Counted from the stretch's first letter, positions 40,001 to 48,185 are shown. The stretch: DNA of 61,432 nucleotides from a virus (IMGVR_UViG_3300021963_000138:1-61432); one strand, 5' to 3'. The notes: generated from the letters alone by a model not told the origin. Program-made: numbers and translations.

Positions 40001-41740
40001 CTTGGCGGAGTCGGCTTATTAGATTATCAGGAATTTGTTGCAGACGGCACAACTAATCTATTCTTAACAAAAGCTGTTTACGATCAAACATCAATAGTTT
40101 TAGTAACGGTTGATGGTATAGCCATAGATGTGGGATTTGTTAATAGTTCAGATTTTATTGATACTAAAAACAGAACAATGATACAGTTCGGTTTAACGCC
40201 CTCATTTAGACAGGTTGTAAAAATTATTTGTTTCAGCGCAGAAGAGGGTGCAGATTCGGTTAACTCTTCATTTATTAGAGTTAATCAACATACGGTACCG
40301 TTTGATGGAAGTACAAGAGCTATTGATTTAGATAACTTTGTAAATTTGGAACAAGCATCAGAAACTGCTTCTATATTAGTAAACATTAACGGAAATTATC
40401 TACAAGGATTAGATACTACCTATATCGAATATGATGGCACTAATAACGAAATAACAGTAGGCGTTGATCCGGCAGAAACAATCGGTACAATCACTTCCGG
40501 AAATGTTAGGGTGTATATTAACAATATCCGACAACAGTTTGTTATTGATTTTACCTATAACGGAAACAACAATTTAATCAGCATACCTGTCTCAAATTTA
40601 GAGTTAGGTGATGTGATTAGAATAGAAACTGATGTTAGATCAAAATATTCAATTGTTGGTAATTCTGTTGTAATAGATGACAGCGTTCAACTAGCAATCA
40701 ATGACAATATACAGATAACATGGTTTAGTCAGTATCCTACAATGAATATTATTTCAGACGAATATACCGGCGGCAAACTACAATATAGATTGCCGAGAGA
40801 TCCGTTAGATATTAATTATGTTTGGGTTTATAAAAACGGAGTACGTTTAACTAAGGATGCAGATTATAGTTTATCACAGTCTTCAATTATATATCTAACT
40901 GAAAAATCAACAAGTTCTGACGTTATTAAAACTGTACAATTTAGTAATATAATTTATTCCAGCAATAGAGCGTTTGAAATCTTTAAAGATATGTTAAACA
41001 ACTATCATTACAAGCGATATTCTAGAGATGTAGCAGTTAAGTTAGCTAAAGATTTAAATTATTTTGATACTTCAATGGAAGTATTAAATGCCAATAAATT
41101 ATCAACTCCTATTTTTAACAGAAAAATTCCAGGAGTGGTGATTGTTAATAATGAAAGAATTGAATATTTTGAAAAGAATGGAAACGTTCTATCTCAATTG
41201 AGAAGAGGTAGTCTAGGTACAGGTATTGCTGAATTGCATCCTGCTAACAGTTTTGTGGTAGATGTTGGATCTACAGAAACTTTACCGTACACCGAAAATC
41301 AAGAAAAGTCTAATTTTATCAGCGATGGCAGTACATTATTAATCGGACCTTTAGAATTTACTCCAACAAAATCTAATAGAAATAATTGGTACAAAGAATC
41401 GATTCCGGACAGTTATGGCCCTTGCGATGAAATTGAAGTATTTGTGGGCGGAAAACGCCTCCGCAAAAATCCTATAGATGTTTATTCGGAAGCAAACGGA
41501 GCTAGCAGTCCTAGTTCTGATGTTGTGCAAGAAGCTGAATTTTCAGTAGATGGAACGTCGACTTATGTACGATTAACAGAACGAGTACCTGCAGGCACTA
41601 GAATAACAATTATTAGAAAATTAGGAAAAATTTGGTATGAGAAAAGTGATTTTGCAGCCAGTAAAGGCATTACGCTGTTGTCTAACAACACGCCTATTGC
41701 TAGTTTCATTGCTGTAAAGACCACTGAGCTGCCCGAATAA
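28004..41740 (+). CDS. Giant (4578 aa) baseplate/virion structural protein in the gp7 position
   Basis: Uninterrupted ORF directly after gp6. Contains FG-GAP-like propeller blades, CBM5/12-like Trp modules, G.GY.T.P.V.I.G.G.GA.A repeats and GDGxT..F beta-sandwich repeats. Confidence 0.8.
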   Translation: MADKFFPDSQLPIRKTIDLLPQIFQTEANSKFLAGALDPLVQPGVLEKKVGYLGRRYGKTYKSSEVYLDTDQTLRSRYQLEPGVVVEKDGKIEQFYDYLDFKNQLKFFNNTEERDDLITAQEHYTWAPPIDWDKFVNYREYYWVPDGPPPIKILGQAQNIISTYRVGLGAGSVYIFTPDGLTNNPTLTLYRGQTYKFQVNVPGNPLLFRTTIDTGTLLYNPDFQYSIGQLVVFDGKLWKAKTNITTGDGSTIDENTDDWEFVDFTAASSSALNYTKGLTNAGIENGTITFEVPLNAPDVLYYQSFTDPNRFGRIIITNVEENTKIDVEKEIISKTTYTSSNGITLSNGMIVYFGGNVFPEKYSGKINNNKWVVEGVGERITLTNMASLIVSTTFSDTAPEILFDNGGFDTQPFDDASAYPGKKDYITINRSSLDANPWSRYNRWFHRAVLDYAHTLNNSNFDASETSRAKRPIIEFKSNIQLFNHGAVAKDAVDYVDDFTTDAFSVIEGSTGYIVDGEYLFNGARLLITNDTDALANNQIYIVNFITHNNIKQISLTRESTVDTQAGDGVLIRRGVKNKGVMYHFNGVDWVKSQLKTSVNQTPLFDLFDNNEVSFGDVETYPVSSFIGTPILSYKIGSGPTDTELGFSVSYLNIDNVGDIQFNFNLDTDSFNYKLDNANYSKEIATGYLKFNNDDTFTNAWNTLDSNYVQPIIDSVDIVEPTNEITTTMVDWKLLADSDIRKILVYLNGVHVRSGFTRTEGTFVFDKQFAVGDTVAIKLFANIDPDTGYYEIPLGLEKNPLNEKIKTFTLGQAADHISTGLELSEDFSGIFPGLNNLRDISGYQTLTRRFLKHSSPSPLSIALLCNKENNIIKSIQYAKKSYTDFKNSFIALAYEIFYNQTANDFVDSILEEISRTQDASRPFAGSDMIGSGAYTGITYTVEDVGIKTFALSEKFDLQTLSSRAVYVYFNNQQLLVNRDYEFNSTFGFVNLMIDLVEGDVIQIREYASTAINFIPPTPTKLGLYKKYTPRKFLDDTYVEPKEVIQGHDGSITIAYGDFRDDVLLELETRIYNNIKQEYNESVFDIDRVLGGYYGNSLYGKPALDKIISSEFLKWISGTNIDYVNNVFFDSENSFTYTYSNMVDPTGTQNLPGYWREVYRWFYDTDRPHTHPWEMLGFSEMPVWWEGEYGPSPYTSNNLILWEDLRDGIIRQGERAGTRDRYKRPSIMSHIPVDGDGKLLSPLGSGLAGNFSLINNQGAFKIGDNAPVEAAWRKSSEWPFAIISALALLKPFEFITDNFNKSFIATNKLGQTINLKTNLFSTLSDFVYENTVNAPVSGLVVYITNYLKSTTASTSKLEDVVSNINVKLSNRISGFVDQQQQKYILDSKNPKSTSSSVFVPPENYDIIFNVSAPIFNLAYSGVILEKVNAGWKISGYDNSTPLFYYYQPTDSQSDPLISVGGLSENFLDWTENTFYGNGVICRFKDKFYRCLSSHTSSTEFSEGTNGLSIWKQLPSLPLTGAVEAFRRRNFNKLRLRTLSYGSILNSIQQVVDFLLGYQEYLKSVGFIFDGYDTASSTSFDWYTSAKEFMFWSKHNWAENSLLTLSPSATYIKIKFAIGVADSILDSFYDYQVLKNDGNPLQPRFINVNRDFQEITVSTANTTDGIYFLRMHFVLKEHVVVFDDKTVFNDVIYDKPTGYRQERIKARGFRTVDWDGDYTSPGFLFDNVNIAVWQPFTDYKLGDIVSYKSYNWTSKYNQLGSVEFQDAAWSKLDSTPSKSLIPNFDYKINQFSDYYEVNTDGVGSSQRDLARHAIGYQQREYLQNIAEDEISQFRIYQGFIREKGTANAIVKVFDKLSRTQDDSVVLKEEWAFKIGEFGGTTQIDEFEFEIKKDDLVINPQPILLTYSTNSSVVLDQYLRINSSKFTTAPTPFTTDLNRTSYYDGASRSAGYVNTNHVDFIVKTLDDIVNLNIADVYENAHIWITFYNNEWTVLRYNQEVALRVESLVKTESNVEITLNQIHNFSVGDVVGLKYIDNLTGFFKITATTNKTITVITTSTNEPEIVDSTSATVGIFTIARKSTYQELDNQQAALLNLSSKLWIDNNGSDHWEVIEKTKQYVTYELSEYGITTPIGTGTSVVYIDNLKQIATGIPGSGYVMIYTTKTSGEVIGLKQIVPPPDGFETAVAGSFGKVLAVSPDYKWLAVGSPNASGVKSAYQGELNPSRSYLAGEITLYQGKLWEAIDNIDVGDGSSINFNSQDWKPATIVDANPAARGDGFTDQGMISLYKYSQGQWEIAYSFVSPRQAAYEEFGSAITIGVSGTTYYMAVSAPGSLCDPSIGASTGKGRIYLYQFNGTTWSHLENTKYLGLYQPSPLAVYPAGSIVWSNGSLWEALYDNTGDGSSLSLESNDWKKLDPISTQCSLPTNIAIDDDGSTLAEGLLSPTQLAELVKDGDQFGFSLTMSRDGRLLVVGAPNSDGQYFANYRGDWHAYQEYTEGDVVKYQNGYHRLTDATTSTITSLGQYPDEGLPWLNVGDSASPSTGKIYIYERDANNLYSLIQTITADSLSDINDTANSGIIGSGDQFGFAIDIDASGTTIVASSPLADINKQNQGAAYVFKYDADSTGPQFRLKQKLQSYEYFTNEYFGSSISISASTERIVVGAKNAGYSILAFFNDGTTFDRRRTSFSSSRGFPGQVYVYERKDQGYFLVEKLEADLVSGESFGYSIDCTSSVVVVGSPTYQVEGVAVGMVRLFKKSSETNSFNIISQEIPLVDVELLQNIELYDNVNNRKIADLDVVDGFKLKILGVAEQEISFKTVYDPAIYMIGTDDQVVDESQPWFEKNVGKIWWDLSTVKFINYEQDDFAYRIGNWNRQAEGSSIDIYEWVESVLLPSEWSLLADTVEGLAEGISGQPKFADNTVYNTKILYNPNTGLETGTLYYYWVSSKTILPTNNSIRRISAAAIEGFIDNPIGSGIPFIGILGTDKFLAYNLTAIIGTDTALVNVEYTKNKKQLTPIHREYQLLTSGVADSLPSEYLEKKWIDSLVGSDEAGNAVPDPKLPVKKQQGLSFRPRQSMFVNRDKALKIAIDNINSVLITRPFADTIDFSNLNRLDPIPNEVLNQYDLSVDTLIDLDQVGTVKVRQAEFTANIINGEIDTIDIKDAGFGYRTVPYIEIQGDGFGAKATITLNAQGKVNSINLISKGRKYTTATIKIRPFSVLVRSDSTLFGFWSVYAWDQQRRIFYRSKSQGYDTTIYWQFVDWWHSDYSINSKIIKEINNIYQEPTLELSVGDLIRVKEYGNGGWVVLEKTAQGAGDLLDNYNLVGRQNGTMQIKDTLYNRLINSLGYDNVGSYDAALYDLQPTKELRIILQAAKENIFVDDLRVEWNNLFFSSIKYAFSEQPYVDWAFKTSFLNAIHNVGDLEQKANYKNDNLESFQSYIEEVKPYRTSIREYTSRYTKTDSSNSAVSDFDLPPAYSVRDGAILPVNQYYNRFDEYPWKSWFDNNGYSIVAIKIADAGADYRTPPAVLITGNGTGATAQAFISNGRVSGIKVITSGSGYTQTPTVSLVGGNGASVNVARAVPILGETKVRSFDLTIKFDRTNKIGTYENFEYSQTFVATGFSAVFDLNYAPSRDKGKITVIKNDQLVISSEYEISLYISTVDSYDLLKGKLKFFANPNLGDVIVINYEKNVELFNSIDRIQKSYQPVSGMKGNNLNQLMTGIDFGGVQVQGTTFDVTGGWDALPWFTDSWDSVESSNDFYYVADGSTTFVVLPYTPENNQPISVYIKRLGDQRPIRIDDPNYTPSWDSSVATNPHAEMPTFIGDGSTNIIEIHRYLSTNSGDTLIFRKLDSDGSVVISDVNLLDTRISGGSLSNIGGAYVTAAGLTPEEIVIDGEKFVSPDQVPAPEENIPGQVLDSLSIKVFNKTNPGATPIQNTVVIGDGVKTRFDIGLTIFEASSVMVYVNKIKQEYIGDSTINYVIDFVENKIEFNDAPAAGDVVEIIAIGLGGVGLLDYQEFVADGTTNLFLTKAVYDQTSIVLVTVDGIAIDVGFVNSSDFIDTKNRTMIQFGLTPSFRQVVKIICFSAEEGADSVNSSFIRVNQHTVPFDGSTRAIDLDNFVNLEQASETASILVNINGNYLQGLDTTYIEYDGTNNEITVGVDPAETIGTITSGNVRVYINNIRQQFVIDFTYNGNNNLISIPVSNLELGDVIRIETDVRSKYSIVGNSVVIDDSVQLAINDNIQITWFSQYPTMNIISDEYTGGKLQYRLPRDPLDINYVWVYKNGVRLTKDADYSLSQSSIIYLTEKSTSSDVIKTVQFSNIIYSSNRAFEIFKDMLNNYHYKRYSRDVAVKLAKDLNYFDTSMEVLNANKLSTPIFNRKIPGVVIVNNERIEYFEKNGNVLSQLRRGSLGTGIAELHPANSFVVDVGSTETLPYTENQEKSNFISDGSTLLIGPLEFTPTKSNRNNWYKESIPDSYGPCDEIEVFVGGKRLRKNPIDVYSEANGASSPSSDVVQEAEFSVDGTSTYVRLTERVPAGTRITIIRKLGKIWYEKSDFAASKGITLLSNNTPIASFIAVKTTELPE

Positions 41741-41743
41741 ATA
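41737..41743 (+). promoter_or_regulatory. Putative late promoter ATAAATA
   Basis: Overlaps the giant gene's stop codon; 7 nt before ATG 41751. Confidence 0.45.
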
Positions 41744-41750
41744 CACTATC

Positions 41751-42419
41751 ATGAATAATCAAGAAGAAACCAATATGTCAAACACACCAGAAAAATCAAC
41801 GGTTCCTGAAAAATCGCCAGACGAAGTCAGTGGTTTTCACTTTGAAGGCCATATAAAAATCTTTGATCCGCAAAGCGGGGAAGTCTTTATCGATAAAAGA
41901 AATGCAATTCATTATGAAAATATGAGTGTAGCCATGGTTAACAGTCTAAGTAATCAGGGCCAAGGTACAATTTATCAAATGGTTTTTGGCAATGGTGGCA
42001 CGAATGTTGATCCTACAGGACTAATTACTTACCTAACACCTAATACTGTTGGTATTAATACAAGTCTTTATAATCAAACATTTAGCAAAGTAGTAGATCA
42101 AAATGCCGCTGAAAACGTAGATCCTGTTAGAAACAAAATGGAAATTAGACATATAAGTGGCGCAACTTATAGCGATATAATAATTAGTTGTATTTTAGAC
42201 TACGGTGAACCAGACGGTCAGGAGGCATTTGACAACAGTCAAGATATGAGTGGCAATTTTGTATTTGACGAATTAGGATTAACATCTTATAGCCCAACAG
42301 GATCCGGTAAGCTATTAACACATGTGATATTTCATCCAGTGCAAAAATCACTAAACAGATTATTGCAGATTGATTACACAATTAGAATACAGAGCTTAAC
42401 TAGCTTTGCTGAGGTATAA
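41751..42419 (+). CDS. Baseplate / tail-fibre attachment protein
   Basis: FEGHIKIFD..KRNAIH, MVFGNGG, FVFDELGL, LLTHVIF.PVQKS..R..QIDYTIRI; lies between the giant protein and the fibres. Confidence 0.6.
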   Translation: MNNQEETNMSNTPEKSTVPEKSPDEVSGFHFEGHIKIFDPQSGEVFIDKRNAIHYENMSVAMVNSLSNQGQGTIYQMVFGNGGTNVDPTGLITYLTPNTVGINTSLYNQTFSKVVDQNAAENVDPVRNKMEIRHISGATYSDIIISCILDYGEPDGQEAFDNSQDMSGNFVFDELGLTSYSPTGSGKLLTHVIFHPVQKSLNRLLQIDYTIRIQSLTSFAEV

Positions 42420-42421
42420 AG

Positions 42422-44494
42422 ATGCCATATATTGTTAATTTTACCGATAAAGATAATAAGTTACCAATTACGGTATACGATAATACTTCTAGTACTGATA
42501 CCAGTTTAACCTTTCCAGGAAGAAATGTAACTGGATACGGACAGACAATTGCTGAAAATTTTCTAGCATTATTAGAAAATTTTGCTAAAGAATCACAACC
42601 AGCAAATCCCGTTGAAGGTCAGTTGTGGTATAATACTGCTGACGGTGTTCTTCAAATATGGGATAGCACTACTTGGAAAGCAGCCAGCAACATTCAAAAG
42701 AGTGGAGTTGAACCCGGGACAGAGCAATCAAAAGTTGGAGAATTATGGGTTGACACAACTAACCAACAGTTATATGTTTATTCAGGCACACGTTGGATTT
42801 TAGTAGGCCCAAATTTTTCTACAGGACTTAGAAGCGGTCCTATAGTAGAAGCAGTTATTGACTCTGATAACGTTTCTAGAGTTGTTTTAATATTTTATAT
42901 TGAAGATATCCCACTTATTATTTTTAGTAAAGATAGTTTTACTCCAAAGATTTCAATTTCTGGTTTTGTTACAATCAAGTCCGGACTTAATATCACAGAG
43001 AACGATGTTGGGCTTGGCGGATTTCCAACAAAAATCTATGGTGCCGCAACATCTGCAGAAGCATTAATAGTTGCTGATGTTGAAATTCCAGCAAATAAAT
43101 TTTTAAGATCTGATATAGTTAATACTACCGAGTTTGGTATTAATATTAGAAACAATCAAGGTATTACATTAGGAGTTGATGGAACATTCAGTTTAACTAC
43201 TTCCGAAATAGCTTCTAAGATTTATAACTCTGCCCCGGGTAGTAGTATTGATCTACAGGTCAACCAAGACGGCATTCCTTCTACAGTATTGCGAGTAATT
43301 GGAAACACTGTGGGTATTAATGTACTATCTCCCGACGAAGCATTGCACATCGACGGAAACATTAAAACAAACGGTTCATTAATATTAACTGATACTACAG
43401 CAAGTAGCAATTTTAATAATGGAACTTTTAGAACAGCGGGCGGTGCCGCAATCAGTAAAAATTTATTAGTCGGCGACGGATTGAAAGTTGTTGGAACAAG
43501 TGAAGTTGATAATCTACAACCAGCCACCACGGATTTTTATGATAGCGGAACTGCATTAAAACGATGGAATGTGGTTAGAACAAAAACTCTAATAGCTGAA
43601 ACAATTGAGGGTGTGTTAACTGGAAATATCGTTGGCAATGCATCTACTGCTACTAACTTAAAATTTACTACTACTTTTAAAATGGAAGGAGATGTTACAG
43701 CTCCTAACATTCAATTTGACGGACAAGTTGGTGGAAATACAAAAACATTTACAACATCGCTTACTTCTGGATTGATCAGCAGTAAGTCCGAACCGTTTCC
43801 TAATATCTCAGTAAAAGAAGATACGGTATTAATATATAGACCCGGAACAGGCCTAATTAAAGAAACTAGAGATGCCTTTGTTGCCGATCTAGCAGTACCT
43901 ATCGGTGCTATACTTCCGTATGCAGGTGCTGAAGCACCGTATGGTTATCTATTGTGCGACGGTAGTGAAGTTGAGAGAAGTAAATTTGGAGATCTATTTG
44001 ATATTATAGGAACTACCTATAGTGGTTCAGCTCCCTTAATTGGAGTTAGTACATTTAGATTACCTGACCTAAGAGGCCGATTCCCCCTAGGTAAAGACAA
44101 TATGGATAACGGTGGAACTGTTCCTAATTCCTTGGGTGGGTATGTTGATGCTGGAGGCGGAAACGTTGATAGGGTTTCTGGTACAGCACCTGATAACTTA
44201 GGCGACGGTGGCGGACAAAGTTCTAATACACTAACAGTATCTAATTTACCAGATCACGAACACAGCATGAAAGGATCTACAGGACAGCAATATTATGCTA
44301 CCCGAATTGATACAGCGATTCCAAGCGATGTTGGATCATTATCAGACAAGGGTCCAACCACAGTTGGACAGAGTCAATATATTCCTAGTTCAGGCGGCAT
44401 TAAGACAGCTGGTAGTTTAGGACAAGAGTTCTCAGTTATGAATCCGTTCTTAACACTGAACTATATTATTCGTTCTGGCCCACCGGCATTCTAA
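42422..44494 (+). CDS. Tail fibre with tail-collar domain (short-fibre-like)
   Basis: Shared fibre N-terminus; VPIGAILPYAG..APYGYLLCDGSEV..LFDIIG..FRLPDLRGRFPLG (collar), NLPDHEH, MNPFLTLNYII. Confidence 0.85.
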   Translation: MPYIVNFTDKDNKLPITVYDNTSSTDTSLTFPGRNVTGYGQTIAENFLALLENFAKESQPANPVEGQLWYNTADGVLQIWDSTTWKAASNIQKSGVEPGTEQSKVGELWVDTTNQQLYVYSGTRWILVGPNFSTGLRSGPIVEAVIDSDNVSRVVLIFYIEDIPLIIFSKDSFTPKISISGFVTIKSGLNITENDVGLGGFPTKIYGAATSAEALIVADVEIPANKFLRSDIVNTTEFGINIRNNQGITLGVDGTFSLTTSEIASKIYNSAPGSSIDLQVNQDGIPSTVLRVIGNTVGINVLSPDEALHIDGNIKTNGSLILTDTTASSNFNNGTFRTAGGAAISKNLLVGDGLKVVGTSEVDNLQPATTDFYDSGTALKRWNVVRTKTLIAETIEGVLTGNIVGNASTATNLKFTTTFKMEGDVTAPNIQFDGQVGGNTKTFTTSLTSGLISSKSEPFPNISVKEDTVLIYRPGTGLIKETRDAFVADLAVPIGAILPYAGAEAPYGYLLCDGSEVERSKFGDLFDIIGTTYSGSAPLIGVSTFRLPDLRGRFPLGKDNMDNGGTVPNSLGGYVDAGGGNVDRVSGTAPDNLGDGGGQSSNTLTVSNLPDHEHSMKGSTGQQYYATRIDTAIPSDVGSLSDKGPTTVGQSQYIPSSGGIKTAGSLGQEFSVMNPFLTLNYIIRSGPPAF

Positions 44495-44505
44495 GGTAAA
44501 GAAAA

Positions 44506-46344
44506 ATGGCATATACAATTAACAAAACTGATGGAACAATTTTAGCTACAGTAGCCGATGGGCAAGTGGACGAGCTATCAACTGATATTACTCTTATTGG
44601 CAAAAATTATAGCGGATTTGGTGAAGCACTTAATGAAAATTTAATTAAAATGTTGGAACATTTTTCCAGCACAGCTCAGCCTCCGAATCCTATTAGAGGT
44701 CAAATTTGGTTCGATGCCAGCGAACTAAAATTAAAAGTTTATAATGGAACTGGATTTGTACCAGTTAGTTCTGCAACAATCTCAAGTCAGCAACCTCTTA
44801 ATTTAGGAGTTGGTGATTTATGGTTTAACGATGTTGAAAAACAATTGTACTTTTATGACGGTACAAATACTATTCTTCTTGGGCCGGACTATTCTGTAAG
44901 CCAAGGGGTTAGCGGATTTCGAGTTGCTAATATATTGGACTCATTAAATCAAAGTCGAGTTATTACCTATTTGTACACTAACGGAGTGTTGTTAGGAATC
45001 TTTTCTAAAGATGCATTTACACCTAAACTACCAATTGATGGTTTCAGCGGTAGCATTATTCCTGGATTTAATTCGGGAACGCTAGCCGGGTTAAAGTTTA
45101 ATGTTACAGCTACTAACAGCGAAAAATTAGGCGGACAGCTTGCTAGTCTATATGTTCGAAATGATACATCAAATATTGTTAACGGACAGATCATTATCTC
45201 GTCTAATCTAGGCATTATTATCGGCGATGCCAACCAAGGACAGTTTCAGGTTCAAGACGGTAATTTAATTGTTGCCAATATTGCTTCTAACAAACAGATG
45301 ATTTTTAACGTTCGTCGAGACGTTATTGCCGAAGAAGCAATTGCTATTAGTGCAGATACTAGAACAGTTAACATCTACGACGGATATCTTACCAGTGAAG
45401 TAGACATAGGTGGAAATTTAACAGTACAGGGTAATCTTACAGTAAACGGAGATGTTGTTACAGTTAATACCAGTGTAATGACTGTTGAAGATAAAAATAT
45501 TGTCCTAGCAAAACAAACAGGAGTAACTCCAGTTGATGCTAATGCTGCCGGCGGCGGCCTAATTTTACAAGGGGCAGCTAGCCATGTATTTTTATGGCAT
45601 GATGTTGGGCAGGCTGCCCAGGCCTCTAGTTTAGAAGCTACCTCAGGCGGTTATAATGATGCTATTCCGGCACTGGCCAGTCAAGCATGGACAAGCTCTG
45701 ATCATATTAATTTAGCTTCAGGAAAAGAGTTTAAGATTAATGGAGTAACAGTTTTATCTGGAACTTCATTGGGAGCTGGAATTACTAGTATTCCGGGTGT
45801 TACTAGTTTTGGTACACAGACTCAGTTAACTGTTGACGATATGTACCTTAATGATGCTGCTATCGAAGTTACTGCTGCTAACACAGATTTAACGTTGACA
45901 ATCAACGGAACAGGCGGCCTAAATCTAGGTAGTAAACGAATTAAGGCTGTTGCAGACCCAACAACAAGTACAGACGCAGCAACTAAAAATTATGTTGATA
46001 ACACTGTTAAGGCAAGAAACATTGTTCTTAGCATGGATATTTCCGACGGTATTTCAAATGCAGGTATTGCCGCATTACTAGAACAAATAGCACCTGTAGC
46101 AGAATACAATAACGGAACACAGTGCAGAGTATTATGTTCTTTCTTGGTTAACGGTACAACTAACCTAGACATAAATCCGTTGTTATCAACATCATCATCA
46201 GAATTTGTTACACCAACAGGTACAGCATTTGGCTTAACCAACGTTAGTTTCACAACAGCAACCATTGCAGCACCTGGATTAGCAGTATCTAGAACAGTTA
46301 AAACTTTCCAGATTATAACAGGCGCATGGGTATTTGTATCTTAA
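44506..46344 (+). CDS. Tail fibre protein (paralog 2)
   Basis: Shared N-terminus MAYTINKTDG..LIGKNYSGFGE..ENL..GQIWFD; GNLTVQGNLTVNG; VADPTTSTDAATKNYVD. Confidence 0.75.
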   Translation: MAYTINKTDGTILATVADGQVDELSTDITLIGKNYSGFGEALNENLIKMLEHFSSTAQPPNPIRGQIWFDASELKLKVYNGTGFVPVSSATISSQQPLNLGVGDLWFNDVEKQLYFYDGTNTILLGPDYSVSQGVSGFRVANILDSLNQSRVITYLYTNGVLLGIFSKDAFTPKLPIDGFSGSIIPGFNSGTLAGLKFNVTATNSEKLGGQLASLYVRNDTSNIVNGQIIISSNLGIIIGDANQGQFQVQDGNLIVANIASNKQMIFNVRRDVIAEEAIAISADTRTVNIYDGYLTSEVDIGGNLTVQGNLTVNGDVVTVNTSVMTVEDKNIVLAKQTGVTPVDANAAGGGLILQGAASHVFLWHDVGQAAQASSLEATSGGYNDAIPALASQAWTSSDHINLASGKEFKINGVTVLSGTSLGAGITSIPGVTSFGTQTQLTVDDMYLNDAAIEVTAANTDLTLTINGTGGLNLGSKRIKAVADPTTSTDAATKNYVDNTVKARNIVLSMDISDGISNAGIAALLEQIAPVAEYNNGTQCRVLCSFLVNGTTNLDINPLLSTSSSEFVTPTGTAFGLTNVSFTTATIAAPGLAVSRTVKTFQIITGAWVFVS

Positions 46345-46347
46345 TAG

Positions 46348-46354
46348 TTAAATA
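46348..46354 (+). promoter_or_regulatory. Putative late promoter TTAAATA
   Basis: 16 nt upstream of ATG 46371; a GGGGAG RBS lies between. Confidence 0.5.
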
Positions 46355-46370
46355 TGTAGGGGAGCGATAA

Positions 46371-48185
46371 ATGGCATACATCATAAACAAGTTTAGTGGC
46401 GGGCAATTAGTAGTGCTAGAAGATGGCACACTAGATACTTCAACCAGTCTAGGATTGCTTGGCAGAAACTATACTGGGTATGGTGAAGTACAAAATGAAA
46501 ATTTTGTATTCTTACTAGAGAATTTTGCCAACGAAGATCCTCCATCGAGACCCTTAACTGGCCAGGCTTGGTACAATACCACAATAGGTTCACTTAATGT
46601 TTACAATGGTACAGCGTGGGCCCCTGTAGGGTCAGCCACTACTAGCAACACAGCACCTCCTGGATTTGATGGTGCTCTTTGGTACAAAGACACTACCGAT
46701 CAACTGTTTATATTTGATTCGGGTTTTTGGAAATTAATAGGACCAGAAGCGTTAGAAGGTTATGATACAACTCAGGTTAGAGCAAGAACTATTCTAGACA
46801 CTGCTAGTGTAGAACATGCTGTTGTGGAAATTCTAGTAGATGGTACAACTTTTGCTATCTGTGCAGACGAAGCATTTACCATAGACGACAGCAATTTAAT
46901 TGCAGGATTTGCTAGTCTGCAAGTGGGAACAAACTTTTCTACTAATCGTCCAGCAATAGGTTCTCTAGTTGGTAATGCTGCTAGTGCTTCGAGATTAGAA
47001 CCAGGAAGATTTATTAACGGTATCTTTTTTGACGGACAAACAGATATCACAGTTGCATCAAATACAACTAATACATTGACAAGAGGCACCTATTTAACTG
47101 GTGCAAATTTTAATGGATCAGCGGCAACAACGTGGTCAGTAGATGCTAGTTCGTCCAATGTTATTGGTAAAGTTGTTGCCAGAGATAGTGCAGGAGATTT
47201 TTCTGCAGGAACTATTACAGCTAATTTAGTTGGTAATGTCAGCGGAAACGTAACAGCTACAACTGGAACCAGCACTTTTATTAGGGTAGAAGCCAACGAG
47301 TTTGTTGGTGCTACATTATCAGGCAACGCATTTTCAGCTACAAAACTACAAACAGCAAGAACAATTAATGGTGCATTGTTTGATGGTACTGCAAACATCA
47401 CAGTTCCGGTAGCCGCAGCAGATATAACCGGCACTCGACTAGCATCTAACGTAGTTGAATCTGATCTAACAAGTTTAGGAACCCTTACTAGTTTAAATAT
47501 CAGTTCTTTGGGAATGACACTAGGTGGGCCCGACACAGCAGTTGCACCTCTTAGAATATTTTTAGACAATAACACTATTCCGACACTACACTCTAGAAAC
47601 GTTGGAATAAATTTTACAGTACTTGATAATACTCAGCCTGGAAATTCAACAGCAATCAGGCTGATTAATTCGGCTACATCGTTATCCGTAGGCGGTCTTA
47701 ATGCCCCAGCATTGATTCCAGATATTTCCGGTAATACAAATTTAGGTATTTCTACAGTAAAATGGAACAGTGTATATGCTAATTTTTTTGTTGGCACAGC
47801 AACCTCAGCACAATATGCTGACTTAGCAGAAAAGTATGTAGCAGATGCAAATTATGAAGCAGGAACAGTGTTAGAATTTGGTGGTAAATTTGAAGTAACA
47901 CTAGCAGAAGATAGTACAGCTAGGTTAGCCGGAGTAGTTTCCACTGATCCTGCATACCTAATGAATAGCGAATGTGTAGGCGAACACACAGTTGCACTTG
48001 CATTACAAGGTCGTGTACCCTGTAAAGTAAGAGGTAAAATACAAAAGGGCGATATGTTGATGAGCGGCGGCAACGGTTATGCCCGTAAAGCAACAAACCC
48101 GCAAATAGGTACGATTATAGGCAAGGCTCTAGCTGATTTTGATGGCATAAGTGGAGTTATCGAAGTAGCGGTAGGCAGAGTTTAA
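46371..48185 (+). CDS. Tail fibre protein (paralog 3) with C-terminal intramolecular chaperone / autocleavage domain
   Basis: Shared N-terminus; GNA.SA..L...R.ING..FDG repeats; ATSAQYADLAEKY...GVVSTDPAYLMN..ALQGRVPCKV..IIGKAL (peptidase-G2/IMC-like). Confidence 0.8.
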   Translation: MAYIINKFSGGQLVVLEDGTLDTSTSLGLLGRNYTGYGEVQNENFVFLLENFANEDPPSRPLTGQAWYNTTIGSLNVYNGTAWAPVGSATTSNTAPPGFDGALWYKDTTDQLFIFDSGFWKLIGPEALEGYDTTQVRARTILDTASVEHAVVEILVDGTTFAICADEAFTIDDSNLIAGFASLQVGTNFSTNRPAIGSLVGNAASASRLEPGRFINGIFFDGQTDITVASNTTNTLTRGTYLTGANFNGSAATTWSVDASSSNVIGKVVARDSAGDFSAGTITANLVGNVSGNVTATTGTSTFIRVEANEFVGATLSGNAFSATKLQTARTINGALFDGTANITVPVAAADITGTRLASNVVESDLTSLGTLTSLNISSLGMTLGGPDTAVAPLRIFLDNNTIPTLHSRNVGINFTVLDNTQPGNSTAIRLINSATSLSVGGLNAPALIPDISGNTNLGISTVKWNSVYANFFVGTATSAQYADLAEKYVADANYEAGTVLEFGGKFEVTLAEDSTARLAGVVSTDPAYLMNSECVGEHTVALALQGRVPCKVRGKIQKGDMLMSGGNGYARKATNPQIGTIIGKALADFDGISGVIEVAVGRV

